NCBI GenBank assembly: GCA_038062875.1 | Contig: JBBTWF010000008.1 | Location: forward strand, 1-63,150 | Direction of reading: 5' to 3' | Source of the DNA: Patescibacteria group bacterium | GTDB taxonomy: Bacteria; Patescibacteriota; Minisyncoccia; UBA6257; UBA9933 | Length of the DNA: 63,150 bases | Part shown: positions 25,924 to 35,055 of the stretch, piece by piece | How the letters are laid out: the number at the start of each line of letters is the position of its first letter | Numbering within the stretch: the first letter of the stretch is position 1 | Program-made: the position numbers and the translations under genes | The notes under the pieces: generated by a model | What the model was told of the DNA's origin: nothing | Database searches by the model: none | Seen by the model: only the letters and a program-made list of their open reading frames with translations

Positions 25924-27912
25924 ATGAGTGTACTAACAGGGCTCACCAGTGGAGTTATTGGCGCTATTGTATTGGGGATAACCTATATAGTCGGAAAAAT
26001 AGGCCAAGTTCTTATGACGCTGGCTGCTTCGCTAATTGATATAGCCCTAGAAGTAAATAAATTAATCCTGAATAGCCCCATAGTCACTGAAGGATGGCGG
26101 ATAGTTCTTGATCTCGCTAATTTGGGTTTTGTTTTAGCGATTATCGTCATTGCTTTTGCCACAATTCTTCGCTTAGAAAGTTATGCGATGAAACAGACGC
26201 TTTGGAAGTTAATTGTGGCGGCACTTTTGGTGAATTTCAGTTTGGTGATTGCTGGAGCCTTTATAAGCAGCTCTGATACCGTTACCGCTCTTTTCAGCGA
26301 TCAATTCAAGCAAGTGGACCTATCAACAAAATTAACGGGCCTATTGGAAGTTCAGTCGTTAAACAATCCCTTTGACCAAAACACTGGTAGTCTAGAAAAA
26401 TATGGTATGTGGTACTCAAGGCAAGTACTTGGACCTGTAGCGGACTGGATTTACGAAGTATCCAGCGGTGACTCAAAAGCGCCAGCTTCCCCGACGCTTG
26501 AATCAACTTTGCCATTAATTGTTACCGGAATTTTTGCGGTTATCTTTACTCTTTTATCGGCATTTGTAATGCTGGCAATAGGAATAATGTTGTTTATCCG
26601 CTATGTTTATCTCGGAGTTCTTTTAATTTTATCTCCGATTGTCTGGCTTCTTTGGATTTTCCCTAATACCCAACACCTTTGGCAAAAATGGTGGAATAGT
26701 TTTTTAAGATGGGTATTTTTCGCGCCATTGTCATTATTCTTTCTTTATTTAGCAATATTTGCCTTAGAAAAACCGCCAGCGACTCAACAACAAATTATCA
26801 ACCAACAACAACAAGAATTTGTAAAAAATTTATCGGAAAAACAAAAAGGAGTTGAAATTCCTCTCGCGAAATACGGCAATATGATAATTTTGCTCGGCTT
26901 ATTAATGGGTGGCTTAATTGCGGCGAATTCTTTAAGCATCACCGGTTCGAAAACCGCCATGGGCGCGGCGCAGGGCGCGGGCAAAATGTTCGGGGGTTGG
27001 GTTGGGAAGAAAGGGGTTGCGCTTGGAACTAGGCCACTTAGAGGCGAATGGGGAAGGAAGGTTACCGAAGGAATGCAAAAATTTGGAGCTGGGAGAGGAG
27101 CGCTCGGCAGATTAATGACTGCGCCGGTTAGACATTTAGGAACAGCTGTTAGCGGCGTTGGTGTGGGACAAGGAGAAAAATTGATAAAAAACGCTGGAGA
27201 ACGTTTAAATAAACGTTTTATTAATGATAAAAACTTGGCAAACGCCTGGGACACTTTAAGCCGCGATGAAAAAATCGCCGGTGCTAAAAGATTTATGAAA
27301 AATAAGACGATGAATTTATTAAGCGACGAACAGTTAAATCGTGATATTGGCAATGAGGGAACAAAGAAATATTTTGAAAGACACGGGGAAAAGAAATCAT
27401 ACGAAGATTTTGAAAAAGCGGCTATGCGCAATACATCAATGGTAAACAGTAAAAGCGCTACTCAGCGAGGAATTGAAGCAGAAAAATTTTTCAGGTCATC
27501 TTATTCTGTTAAAGATTTTGAAACGGTTAGAACAAAATCAATGTATGAAGACGCTACAGCAGCCCAAAATATCAAAATAGTTCTTGAAACGCATCCCGGC
27601 GCCCTTGGCAAAATAATGCCGAAACTTGACGGAAAAGATTTTGACAAACTGCACGAACTTATAAAAGAATCTGTTATGACTAAAGATTCGTCCGGAAACG
27701 TCGTAATCCCAACAGGGCAAACAATCGCCGGGCAAAAAGTTGGCGTGGCTAAAAATATAAAAGATATTACCGCTGAAGAAACAGAAAGGTATTTGGGAGA
27801 AGCCAAAAAAATAGACGCAAAACTTGGAGCTATCCATAAATCATTCTCAAAAAATTTAGGCAATCGCGTAATCGGTTCTTCCTGGGAATATATTCCGCCC
27901 GCCACAACATAA
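25924..27912 (+). CDS. Operon gene 3: polytopic membrane protein, VirB6/TrbL-like, with a soluble C-terminal extension of about 300 aa
   Basis: About 7-8 TM helices in the first 350 aa, a Gly-rich linker and a basic C-terminal domain. Its size and position next to VirB3/VirB4-like genes support the call. Confidence 0.55.
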   Translation: MSVLTGLTSGVIGAIVLGITYIVGKIGQVLMTLAASLIDIALEVNKLILNSPIVTEGWRIVLDLANLGFVLAIIVIAFATILRLESYAMKQTLWKLIVAALLVNFSLVIAGAFISSSDTVTALFSDQFKQVDLSTKLTGLLEVQSLNNPFDQNTGSLEKYGMWYSRQVLGPVADWIYEVSSGDSKAPASPTLESTLPLIVTGIFAVIFTLLSAFVMLAIGIMLFIRYVYLGVLLILSPIVWLLWIFPNTQHLWQKWWNSFLRWVFFAPLSLFFLYLAIFALEKPPATQQQIINQQQQEFVKNLSEKQKGVEIPLAKYGNMIILLGLLMGGLIAANSLSITGSKTAMGAAQGAGKMFGGWVGKKGVALGTRPLRGEWGRKVTEGMQKFGAGRGALGRLMTAPVRHLGTAVSGVGVGQGEKLIKNAGERLNKRFINDKNLANAWDTLSRDEKIAGAKRFMKNKTMNLLSDEQLNRDIGNEGTKKYFERHGEKKSYEDFEKAAMRNTSMVNSKSATQRGIEAEKFFRSSYSVKDFETVRTKSMYEDATAAQNIKIVLETHPGALGKIMPKLDGKDFDKLHELIKESVMTKDSSGNVVIPTGQTIAGQKVGVAKNIKDITAEETERYLGEAKKIDAKLGAIHKSFSKNLGNRVIGSSWEYIPPATT

Positions 27913-27931
27913 ATAACAAATCAAATAATTT

Positions 27932-28927
27932 ATGCTTAAAATCACTCGACAACAAGCTCTACAAAGATGGGATATATTGCCCGACAATCTTAAAGAGGCG
28001 TTATTCTCTGAACAAAACGCCGATGTTTTGTGGCGCGCCTGCGAAGCACAACATTTATCTGAAGATAAAATTCGGGTAGTGGCGACTTTAGCTGGCGACG
28101 TGATTATGGGTTTTATACACCCCGAAGATTTGGCGCAGGAAATCAAAAATACGCTCGGCATAAACTCTGAAATAGCCGCTTCAATCAGCCGCGAAATTGA
28201 CCGGAAAATTTTCAGCCCGATTAAAAACGATTTGGAAAAAGTTTATTCGCCCATAACAGAGGAAAGGGAATGGAAAAAAGAGGAAAGAGAAAAAGAAATC
28301 GTTGATTTAAGAACTGAAATAAAAAAACCTGAAGAAATTAGGGAAGAAAAAATTTTACCGGAAATTATTCCAATTATTCTTCCAAAAATTTCCGAAGTTC
28401 AACCTCCGAAAATTGAAAAAACATCCGAAGAAATTAAACCTCAAAAAATAGAAATACCTTCAACATTTCCAATAATTCCAATCCTCGAAGAAGACCAACC
28501 AAAAATCATCCACGAAGAGAAAAAAATCACTCCGCTGACTGACACAAGAAAACGTTCTCTTGCCGGACTGTTTGGTTTTCTTAAAAAAGAGGAGGTGGAG
28601 AAGGGGAAAGAGAAAAGTGCGCCGCCAGTCAAAATTAAATTAGAGACAAAAGAATCTTTTGCCGAAATGGCGCTTCCACAAAAATCCGAAATCGCCAAAA
28701 CAGAAATTCCTAAACCGCGAGTCGTTCATTACAGCGATTTGCGAACGCCACTCTCGCCGTTCGGCGCAACACAAAAGGAAAAAGAGGAGAAGAAAGAGAA
28801 AAACAAGGAAATAAAACCGCCGGAGAATTTACCGATTACCGAATCTCATAAAATTGAATCCAATGTTGAAAACGAAGAAGATGTAATCGATTTGAGAACG
28901 TTTGAGAAATTTAAAAAACCACAATAA
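27932..28927 (+). CDS. Operon gene 4: soluble protein with a folded N-domain of about 110 aa and an E/K/P-rich low-complexity tail
   Basis: No TM helix and no recognisable motif. Its stop overlaps the next start. Confidence 0.65.
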   Translation: MLKITRQQALQRWDILPDNLKEALFSEQNADVLWRACEAQHLSEDKIRVVATLAGDVIMGFIHPEDLAQEIKNTLGINSEIAASISREIDRKIFSPIKNDLEKVYSPITEEREWKKEEREKEIVDLRTEIKKPEEIREEKILPEIIPIILPKISEVQPPKIEKTSEEIKPQKIEIPSTFPIIPILEEDQPKIIHEEKKITPLTDTRKRSLAGLFGFLKKEEVEKGKEKSAPPVKIKLETKESFAEMALPQKSEIAKTEIPKPRVVHYSDLRTPLSPFGATQKEKEEKKEKNKEIKPPENLPITESHKIESNVENEEDVIDLRTFEKFKKPQ

Positions 28928-29559
28928 TGCAATTCCAGATTCCCCAATTCATTGATGTAGAAAACAAAATCGTCGGGCCTTTGAGTTTAAGGCAGTTTTT
29001 GTATTTGGCCGGCGCCGGGGCGATTAGTTTTATGCTTTTTTTCGTTCTCCAAATGTGGCTGTGGTTTTTAGTCACGGTTTTTTTAACAATAATAGCCCTA
29101 GCTTTAGCTCTTATAAAATATAACGGCCAGCCGTTGCCTAAAATTCTTTGGCTCGCTTTAGGTTTTCTTTGGAAACCCCGCCTTTATCTATGGCAAAGAG
29201 AAATAGAGGAAAAAATCGTTAAAATTCCGCAAATGCCGAAATTTTCTTCGCTTCCAAAAACCCCTCAAAGAATTTCAATGCCCTACTCGCCGATTAACCA
29301 ACCAACACCAACTCTAAAAGAAAAATGGGATTCAACGGAAAGTGTTATTTCTAAAAGGGAAAAATTAAAAACATTTTTTTCTGAAATGCCGAACGTAAAA
29401 AAACTCTGGCAAGACCTTCTGACAACAAAAAATCCGGTCCCGCAAAGAGAGAAAACCGCAAAAACGCCTTTCTGGGGCAAAAAACCGACTGAACGATTCC
29501 AGGTTTTCAGAAAAATTACTGGGGAAAAAGATATAGCGAGAAGAATAGATTACAGATAA
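28927..29559 (+). CDS. Operon gene 5: PrgI-family (VirB3-like) membrane protein
   Basis: The N-terminus MQFQIPQFIDVENKIVGPLSLRQFLYL followed by two TM helices is the PrgI/VirB3-like pattern of Gram-positive T4SSs. Confidence 0.65.
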   Translation: MQFQIPQFIDVENKIVGPLSLRQFLYLAGAGAISFMLFFVLQMWLWFLVTVFLTIIALALALIKYNGQPLPKILWLALGFLWKPRLYLWQREIEEKIVKIPQMPKFSSLPKTPQRISMPYSPINQPTPTLKEKWDSTESVISKREKLKTFFSEMPNVKKLWQDLLTTKNPVPQREKTAKTPFWGKKPTERFQVFRKITGEKDIARRIDYR

Positions 29560-29583
29560 ATTAAAAAAGGATATAATAAATTT

Positions 29584-30231
29584 ATGGCGAAAAAAGAAAA
29601 CATTTCCACCCAACAATTCGTTGATATTGAAGATATACGCGATGGAGTGATTATTCTGAAAAACGGCTCTTTGCGACGGGTTTTAATGGTTGCCGGAATC
29701 AACTTTGAACTCAAGTCCGAAGACGAACAAAATATCACTATAAGTACATATCAAAATTTCTTAAACACGTTGAATTTCTCCGTTCAATTTGTAATTCATT
29801 CCCGGAAACTTAACATTGACGCTTATCTTGAAAAATTGTCGGAGCGAAAAAACCAAGAAAATAACGAACTGCTAAAAAACCAAATCTCTGAATATGTGGA
29901 ATTTATTCGTTCGTTTGTGGAGCAAAACGCCGTAATGGCAAAGACGTTTTTCACTGTCGTGCCTTATGATCCGATTATAATTCCAACCGGCGGCAAAAAA
30001 TTCATAGAAATGTTCAAATTCGGAAAAAAAATAACGGCTATGCAAACCGAACAAACTCTGGAACAAAAAATTCAACAACTCGACCACCTGACCGACCAAG
30101 TTATCAACGGCCTTACTCAAATCGGCCTTCGGGTGGTGCCGCTCGATAATGAAGAACTGATAGAATTATTTTACAATCTTTACAATCCAAGCGTGACGGA
30201 GAAAAAAGATTTAAAAATCGCGCATACATAA
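29584..30231 (+). CDS. Operon gene 6: VirB4-family N-terminal domain encoded as a separate ORF
   Basis: TQQFVDIEDIRDGVIILKNGSLRRVLMVAGINFELKSEDEQ resembles the N-terminus of Gram-positive VirB4 homologues (Tn916 Orf16 / PrgJ type). Confidence 0.6.
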   Translation: MAKKENISTQQFVDIEDIRDGVIILKNGSLRRVLMVAGINFELKSEDEQNITISTYQNFLNTLNFSVQFVIHSRKLNIDAYLEKLSERKNQENNELLKNQISEYVEFIRSFVEQNAVMAKTFFTVVPYDPIIIPTGGKKFIEMFKFGKKITAMQTEQTLEQKIQQLDHLTDQVINGLTQIGLRVVPLDNEELIELFYNLYNPSVTEKKDLKIAHT

Positions 30232-30254
30232 TCACTATTAAATTTCAATAATAT

Positions 30255-31994
30255 ATGAACATAAAAATCCAACAACCTTATACGGCAAGCGAGAAAGACG
30301 TAAAAAACGTTATCGCGCCCGCGGCTATGGAAGTTAATCCTAGTCATCTAAAGCTTGGCGATAAATTCGCGAAAACAATTTTTATTTTTACTTACCCCCG
30401 ATACTTGGCAACCAGTTGGTTCAATTCAATTATTAATCTGCCAAATCTTTTAGATATTTCTATTTTTATCCATCCGGTTGATACCAGTTTGGCCTTGCGA
30501 AATCTCCGCAAAAAAACCGCCCAGATTGAAGCCCAACTAATGGAACGGCAAGAAAAAGGTCTAGTCAGGGACCCGCTTTTGGAAACCGCTTTTCAAGACA
30601 TTGAGGCGCTGCGCGACACGCTCCAACAATCTCAAGAACGACTATTCAACGCGGGAATCTACATTACAATTTACGGCGAAACCATCGAAGAACTTAATAA
30701 ACTAGAAGAAAGCATTAATTCTTTATTTGAAAGCCATTTAGTTTATGTTAAGCCAGCTATTTTCCAGCAATTAGAAGGTGTCCAGTCAACTCTGCCTCTC
30801 GGTCAAGACAAACTTCTTGTTCATACTCCGCTTAATTCCGGACCTGTTTCTTCTTTTTTTCCATTTGTCTCCACTGACCTGACTTCGGACGAAGGGATTC
30901 TTTATGGCATCAACCGCCATAATAATACCCTTGTGATTTTTGACCGCTTTTCTTTAGAAAACGCCAATCAAGTTGTTTTCGCCAAAGCCGGCGCCGGCAA
31001 AAGCTACGCCACTAAAATAGAAATTATTCGCTCTCTGATGATGGGAATTGACGTCTTAATTATTGACCCGGAAAATGAATACCAAAAATTAGCCGAGTCG
31101 GTTGGCGGTAGTTTCTTCAAAATTTCTTTAACTTCTGAAAACCAAATCAATCCTTTTGAAATTCCGATTATTCCCGAAGACGAGGACCCAGCCGATGTTT
31201 TCAAGTCGCATATTCTTAATCTAACCGGCCTGGTTAAATTAATGCTCGGCCAGATTACGCCGGAAGAAGACGCCCTTTTGGATAGAGCGGTTACCGAAAC
31301 ATACGCTTCACGAGACATCACGCCTGAAAAAAAAGATTTTACTCAAGCCCAACCGCCGACCTTGGGGGATTTACAAATTATTTTGGAAAACACCGAGGGC
31401 GGACGAGGATTGGCTCAACGATTGGAAAAATACACACGTGGAAGTTATGCCGGATTCACCAACCAACAAACAAACATTGATATCAAAAATCGTTTGATTG
31501 TTTTTTCAATCCGCGACTTAGAAGAACAACTTAGGCCGATTGCCATGTATATTGTGCTTAATTTTATTTGGAATCTTATTCGGGCTGATTTTAAAAAACG
31601 GGTAATGATTATTGACGAAGCGTGGTGGATGATGAAATATCCGGACAGCGCTTCATTCCTTTTCAGTTTGGCAAAGCGCTGTAGAAAATATTATCTTGGC
31701 CTTACCACAATTACCCAAAATGTTGAGGACTTTTTAGAATCGCCTTATGGACGACCAATTATCACGAACTCCTCTCTCCAATTACTCTTGAAGCAAGCTC
31801 CTGCAACCATAGATCTGATAGCTAAAACATTTAATCTAACGGAAGCGGAAAAACAATTATTATTGGAAGCGGCTGTTGGCGAAGGATTATTTTTCGCCGG
31901 ATTAAAACACGTGGCGATTCAAATCATCGCTTCTTACTTTGAAGACCAAATTATCACGACCAGCCCGGAGCAGTTGTTAGAAATGAAGAAATAA
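30255..31994 (+). CDS. virB4: Operon gene 7: VirB4-family T4SS ATPase (central and C-terminal ATPase part)
   Basis: IAPAAMEV...YPRYL...GW block, Walker A KAGAGKSY, Walker B VMIIDEAWWMM, conserved C-terminal region. Confidence 0.85.
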   Translation: MNIKIQQPYTASEKDVKNVIAPAAMEVNPSHLKLGDKFAKTIFIFTYPRYLATSWFNSIINLPNLLDISIFIHPVDTSLALRNLRKKTAQIEAQLMERQEKGLVRDPLLETAFQDIEALRDTLQQSQERLFNAGIYITIYGETIEELNKLEESINSLFESHLVYVKPAIFQQLEGVQSTLPLGQDKLLVHTPLNSGPVSSFFPFVSTDLTSDEGILYGINRHNNTLVIFDRFSLENANQVVFAKAGAGKSYATKIEIIRSLMMGIDVLIIDPENEYQKLAESVGGSFFKISLTSENQINPFEIPIIPEDEDPADVFKSHILNLTGLVKLMLGQITPEEDALLDRAVTETYASRDITPEKKDFTQAQPPTLGDLQIILENTEGGRGLAQRLEKYTRGSYAGFTNQQTNIDIKNRLIVFSIRDLEEQLRPIAMYIVLNFIWNLIRADFKKRVMIIDEAWWMMKYPDSASFLFSLAKRCRKYYLGLTTITQNVEDFLESPYGRPIITNSSLQLLLKQAPATIDLIAKTFNLTEAEKQLLLEAAVGEGLFFAGLKHVAIQIIASYFEDQIITTSPEQLLEMKK

Positions 31995-32002
31995 AAAAAT
32001 TT

Positions 32003-32383
32003 ATGGATGAAGAGAAAAAAATATCGTTGCCGGAAATAATTCTGATGGTGCTGATTGTCGGCGTAGCCGATATTTTTGGAATAATAGCGGGGTTGGTTGT
32101 CGGGATACCAGCGATCGGACAAATATTAATTATTGTCAGTCTTTTTATTAGTATCATCGTTTGGCTTATTGTCCAATTTTGGCTTATAATGAAGGGGGTA
32201 AATGGCTGGTGGTATGGTGGAGGAAGCTTGGTTGATATTATTTCTGGCGGCAGCCTGCCACTACAGACTCCTACCTTAATAGTCACTATTTTTATTGCCA
32301 ACAATCCCAAGTTAAGCAAGGTGGCTGGAATAGTAAAGGGGAAACCCCCAACTATATTAGCAAAAGGCAATATCGCAAAATGA
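32003..32383 (+). CDS. Operon gene 8: small polytopic membrane protein (126 aa)
   Basis: 3-4 TM helices and a Gly-rich loop. No recognisable motif. Confidence 0.6.
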   Translation: MDEEKKISLPEIILMVLIVGVADIFGIIAGLVVGIPAIGQILIIVSLFISIIVWLIVQFWLIMKGVNGWWYGGGSLVDIISGGSLPLQTPTLIVTIFIANNPKLSKVAGIVKGKPPTILAKGNIAK

Positions 32384-33081
32384 CAAATTTTAAATTAAAA
32401 TTTAAAAATTTTATATTTTACATTGTCATTTTGATTTTTACATTTTTATTTTTACATTTTGCCGTTGCTGCCTCGCCTCAATTTCTAACCTCTTGGCAAT
32501 CTAATAGTTACGTCCCATCTTGGTATCAAGGCAAAATTTTCCCTACTCGCGGATCTTTAATAAATGTTAGTTTTGAAATTATCAACAACGACAAAATCGC
32601 CGATATTTCAAAAAATAAAATCCGTTGGTATATTAACGATAAATTAATAAAAAATGAAAATAACGGTTTGGGGATAAGGTCTTTAAAATTTATCAATGAT
32701 GATTTTCCGGGCGGAGAAATTAGTGTAAAAATCGCGGTTGTTGATTATGCCGCCGAACCGCTGTATAAAATAATCCGAATCCCAGTTGTCTCGCCCGAAG
32801 CCGTGATTGACGCGCCTTACGCCGAACGAAAAATAAATACCGGAAAAAATTTATTCCGCGTTTTTCCATTTTTCTTTAATATCAAAAATTTAAACTCGCT
32901 ATCTTTTGAATGGCAGGCAAACGAACAAACATCTGAGGCCGCTGAAAATCCGCAAGAACTTAATTTAAATATTGACCTTCAAACGCCGTCAAGAACCGTA
33001 ATTAATATTGCGGCAATAATTAAAAATATCTCCAATCAATTGGAATTCGCGAGTAAAAACATTAAACTGGAAGTTAAATAA
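32380..33081 (+). CDS. Operon gene 9: secreted or anchored protein, probably beta-rich
   Basis: N-terminal signal or anchor. Its start overlaps the upstream stop by 4 nt. Confidence 0.6.
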   Translation: MTNFKLKFKNFIFYIVILIFTFLFLHFAVAASPQFLTSWQSNSYVPSWYQGKIFPTRGSLINVSFEIINNDKIADISKNKIRWYINDKLIKNENNGLGIRSLKFINDDFPGGEISVKIAVVDYAAEPLYKIIRIPVVSPEAVIDAPYAERKINTGKNLFRVFPFFFNIKNLNSLSFEWQANEQTSEAAENPQELNLNIDLQTPSRTVINIAAIIKNISNQLEFASKNIKLEVK

Positions 33082-33086
33082 ATCTC

Positions 33087-33911
33087 ATGACCAATAAAAT
33101 AATTTTTATAATTTTACTCTTCGTTCTCTGTTTTTTTAGTTTTAGCGCGGTTTTTGCGGCTAATATTGATTACAAATATCCTTGGAAAGGGGAAACAACT
33201 CCTTCTGGTCTTGTAAATAGAATTTACATCTATGCGTTAAGCGTTGTTGGCGCCGTTGCGATGGGAGTACTGGTTTACGGAGGAATTTTACATACGATTT
33301 CCGCCGGTAATTCCTCAAAACAGCAAGACGCTAAAGAATGGATAACCGGAGCGATTTGGGGGTTGGCACTTTTATTAGGAGCGTATCTGATTCTTTGGAC
33401 GATTAACCCCGATTTGGTAAGTTTAAAGGATCCAGTAATTACTGGTATATTCCCCGGTGGAGGTGGTGGACAATTCAAGGGGGCAGGCACAAGCGGAAGC
33501 TGGGGGCCTACGACGCCTGCGCCAGGAACATTGTCTGACCAGCAAGCCAAATCACAACTTCAGCAAGGAATGGTCAGTTATAAACCCAATGTCAGTTTTG
33601 ACAATATTAAACAAACGACCATTAATGAAGCTAAAGCGTTGAGTTTTGACTTGCAAAATAAAGGAGTGGGCATAGGCAACGAAACAATAACCAGTGGCAC
33701 AGAAGGAACCCATAACGAAGGCACTTACAGCCATGCCAATGGCTATAAGTTTGATTTAAGAATAAATAATGATCTTACAAATTTTATTGAAAAAAATTAT
33801 ACATTAATTGGGACGAGAAGCGATGGTGCTCCTCAATATCAAAATTCAAGAGGCGCTATTTACGCTAAAGAAGGAGACCACTGGGACGTTCTAGTAAGAA
33901 CAGAAGGATGA
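33087..33911 (+). CDS. Operon gene 10: T4SS-pilin-like (TrbC/VirB2-type two-helix) domain fused to a LAS/M15-like zinc peptidase domain
   Basis: Signal peptide. TM1-GGILHTISAGNSSKQQDAKEWI-TM2 is the pilin-like pattern. A Gly-rich linker follows. The C-terminal SHANGYKFD and EGDHW fit the SxHxxGxAxD and ExxH motifs of VanX/VanY-type peptidases. Confidence 0.5.
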   Translation: MTNKIIFIILLFVLCFFSFSAVFAANIDYKYPWKGETTPSGLVNRIYIYALSVVGAVAMGVLVYGGILHTISAGNSSKQQDAKEWITGAIWGLALLLGAYLILWTINPDLVSLKDPVITGIFPGGGGGQFKGAGTSGSWGPTTPAPGTLSDQQAKSQLQQGMVSYKPNVSFDNIKQTTINEAKALSFDLQNKGVGIGNETITSGTEGTHNEGTYSHANGYKFDLRINNDLTNFIEKNYTLIGTRSDGAPQYQNSRGAIYAKEGDHWDVLVRTEG

Positions 33912-35026
33912 AAAAAACAATTATCACAATAGGCGTTATTTTGGGAATTATCGCTATGGGGCTCGGCGTTTATTTCGCTTGGAAAAAATCGCAAGAGATT
34001 TTGACGCCACCTATTTCTGACCAACAACCAATAACTAACAACCAACAACAACTCCCTTCGGCAACTGAAAAACTTAAAGTTTTAAGCGACCAACCGGTTT
34101 TTGATTATTGGACAATAACTACCGGAACTTCCACTAAAATTTTTTACATTAACAAAACCGGTCAAATATTAAAAGTTAATCCGCCAGCTGGCGGAGGAAA
34201 AGATGAAATTATCAGCTCGCAAACAATAAACAATCTTCAACAAGCAAAATCCAGCAATAACGGCGAGCGGATTTTGCTTAAATTAGGCGGCGCTGATTCG
34301 CCTCAATTTAATATTTTCAACGCAACGAATAATATTTGGGAATTGCTACCTTCGGGGATTACGACGGCTGACTTTTCTCCAAGCAATAAAGAAATCGCTT
34401 ATTTAAAAACCAACGGCGACAAAAGCGATTTAATAATAAAAAATTTAACCGCTTCAAAAACCAATAAAATTATTTCAATCGCGCAAAATGACTTTGACTT
34501 AAATTGGCTTACAGACGAAATAATTCTTTTAACCGATAAACCGTCTTTCTATATTGACGACGACATTTGGGCTCTTAATATTAAAAATAAAACCATTAAA
34601 AAAATAACCTCTGGAAGAGGATTATTAACCAATTGGTCGCCCAACGGCGACTCTGGGATAAAATTCTCCGTTGACCAACAAAGAAATTCTTACTTAGAGT
34701 TGATAAATAACGATGGAACGATTCGAGCAAGTTTTGATTTTTCAACACTTCCCGATAAATGCGTTTTTGATTCTTTAAAAATATATTGCGCCGTTCCTCA
34801 AATTAATAATTCTATTCAAAAACCAGCTTTCCCCGATGATTATCTAAAAAGAGCTGTTTATTTCAAGGATATTATTTATAAAATGGACATAGAACAAAAC
34901 ACTTTTGAAATGATTTACGCCAACCCTGAAATAGACATTGACGCCTCTCATTTGTCAATTTCCGACAACCAACTCTTATTTATCAACCGCTATGACAGCA
35001 AACTCTACGAATTAATTCTTGAATAA
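33908..35026 (+). CDS. Operon gene 11: membrane-anchored beta-propeller-like (PD40/TolB-like repeats) protein
   Basis: N-terminal TM helix. FSPSNKEIAYLKTNGDKSDLIIKNL-type repeats. It carries an in-frame PPAGG palindrome. Confidence 0.5.
   Translation: MKKTIITIGVILGIIAMGLGVYFAWKKSQEILTPPISDQQPITNNQQQLPSATEKLKVLSDQPVFDYWTITTGTSTKIFYINKTGQILKVNPPAGGGKDEIISSQTINNLQQAKSSNNGERILLKLGGADSPQFNIFNATNNIWELLPSGITTADFSPSNKEIAYLKTNGDKSDLIIKNLTASKTNKIISIAQNDFDLNWLTDEIILLTDKPSFYIDDDIWALNIKNKTIKKITSGRGLLTNWSPNGDSGIKFSVDQQRNSYLELINNDGTIRASFDFSTLPDKCVFDSLKIYCAVPQINNSIQKPAFPDDYLKRAVYFKDIIYKMDIEQNTFEMIYANPEIDIDASHLSISDNQLLFINRYDSKLYELILE
34181..34194. repeat. Perfect palindrome CCGCCAGCTGGCGG, in frame (NPPAGGG)
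   Basis: Identical to the copy at 13947-13960. Confidence 0.95.
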
Positions 35027-35050
35027 TCCTAAATTCTATATTCTATATCC
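35025..35050. repeat. AATCCTAAATTCTATATTCTATATCC family copy between convergent genes
   Basis: It overlaps the stop codon of the last operon gene. Confidence 0.85.
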
Positions 35051-35055
35051 TCGCT

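Noticed and set aside
26784-27431. 215-aa antisense ORF inside the VirB6-like gene, and similar shadow ORFs at 298-504, 516-887, 9989-10465, 17852-18334, 24727-25224, 27501-27905, 31954-32370 and 46084-46416
   Set aside because: All lie antisense to, or out of frame within, strongly supported genes. They have low-complexity or odd composition, no RBS and no recognisable motifs. They are typical shadow ORFs.
30987-30998. 12-nt palindrome GCCGGCGCCGGC as another inserted element
   Set aside because: It encodes the AGAG of the VirB4 Walker A loop (KAGAGKS). The palindrome is explained by Gly/Ala codon choice in a conserved motif. The same applies to CCGGCGCCGG at about 29012 in the PrgI-like gene.
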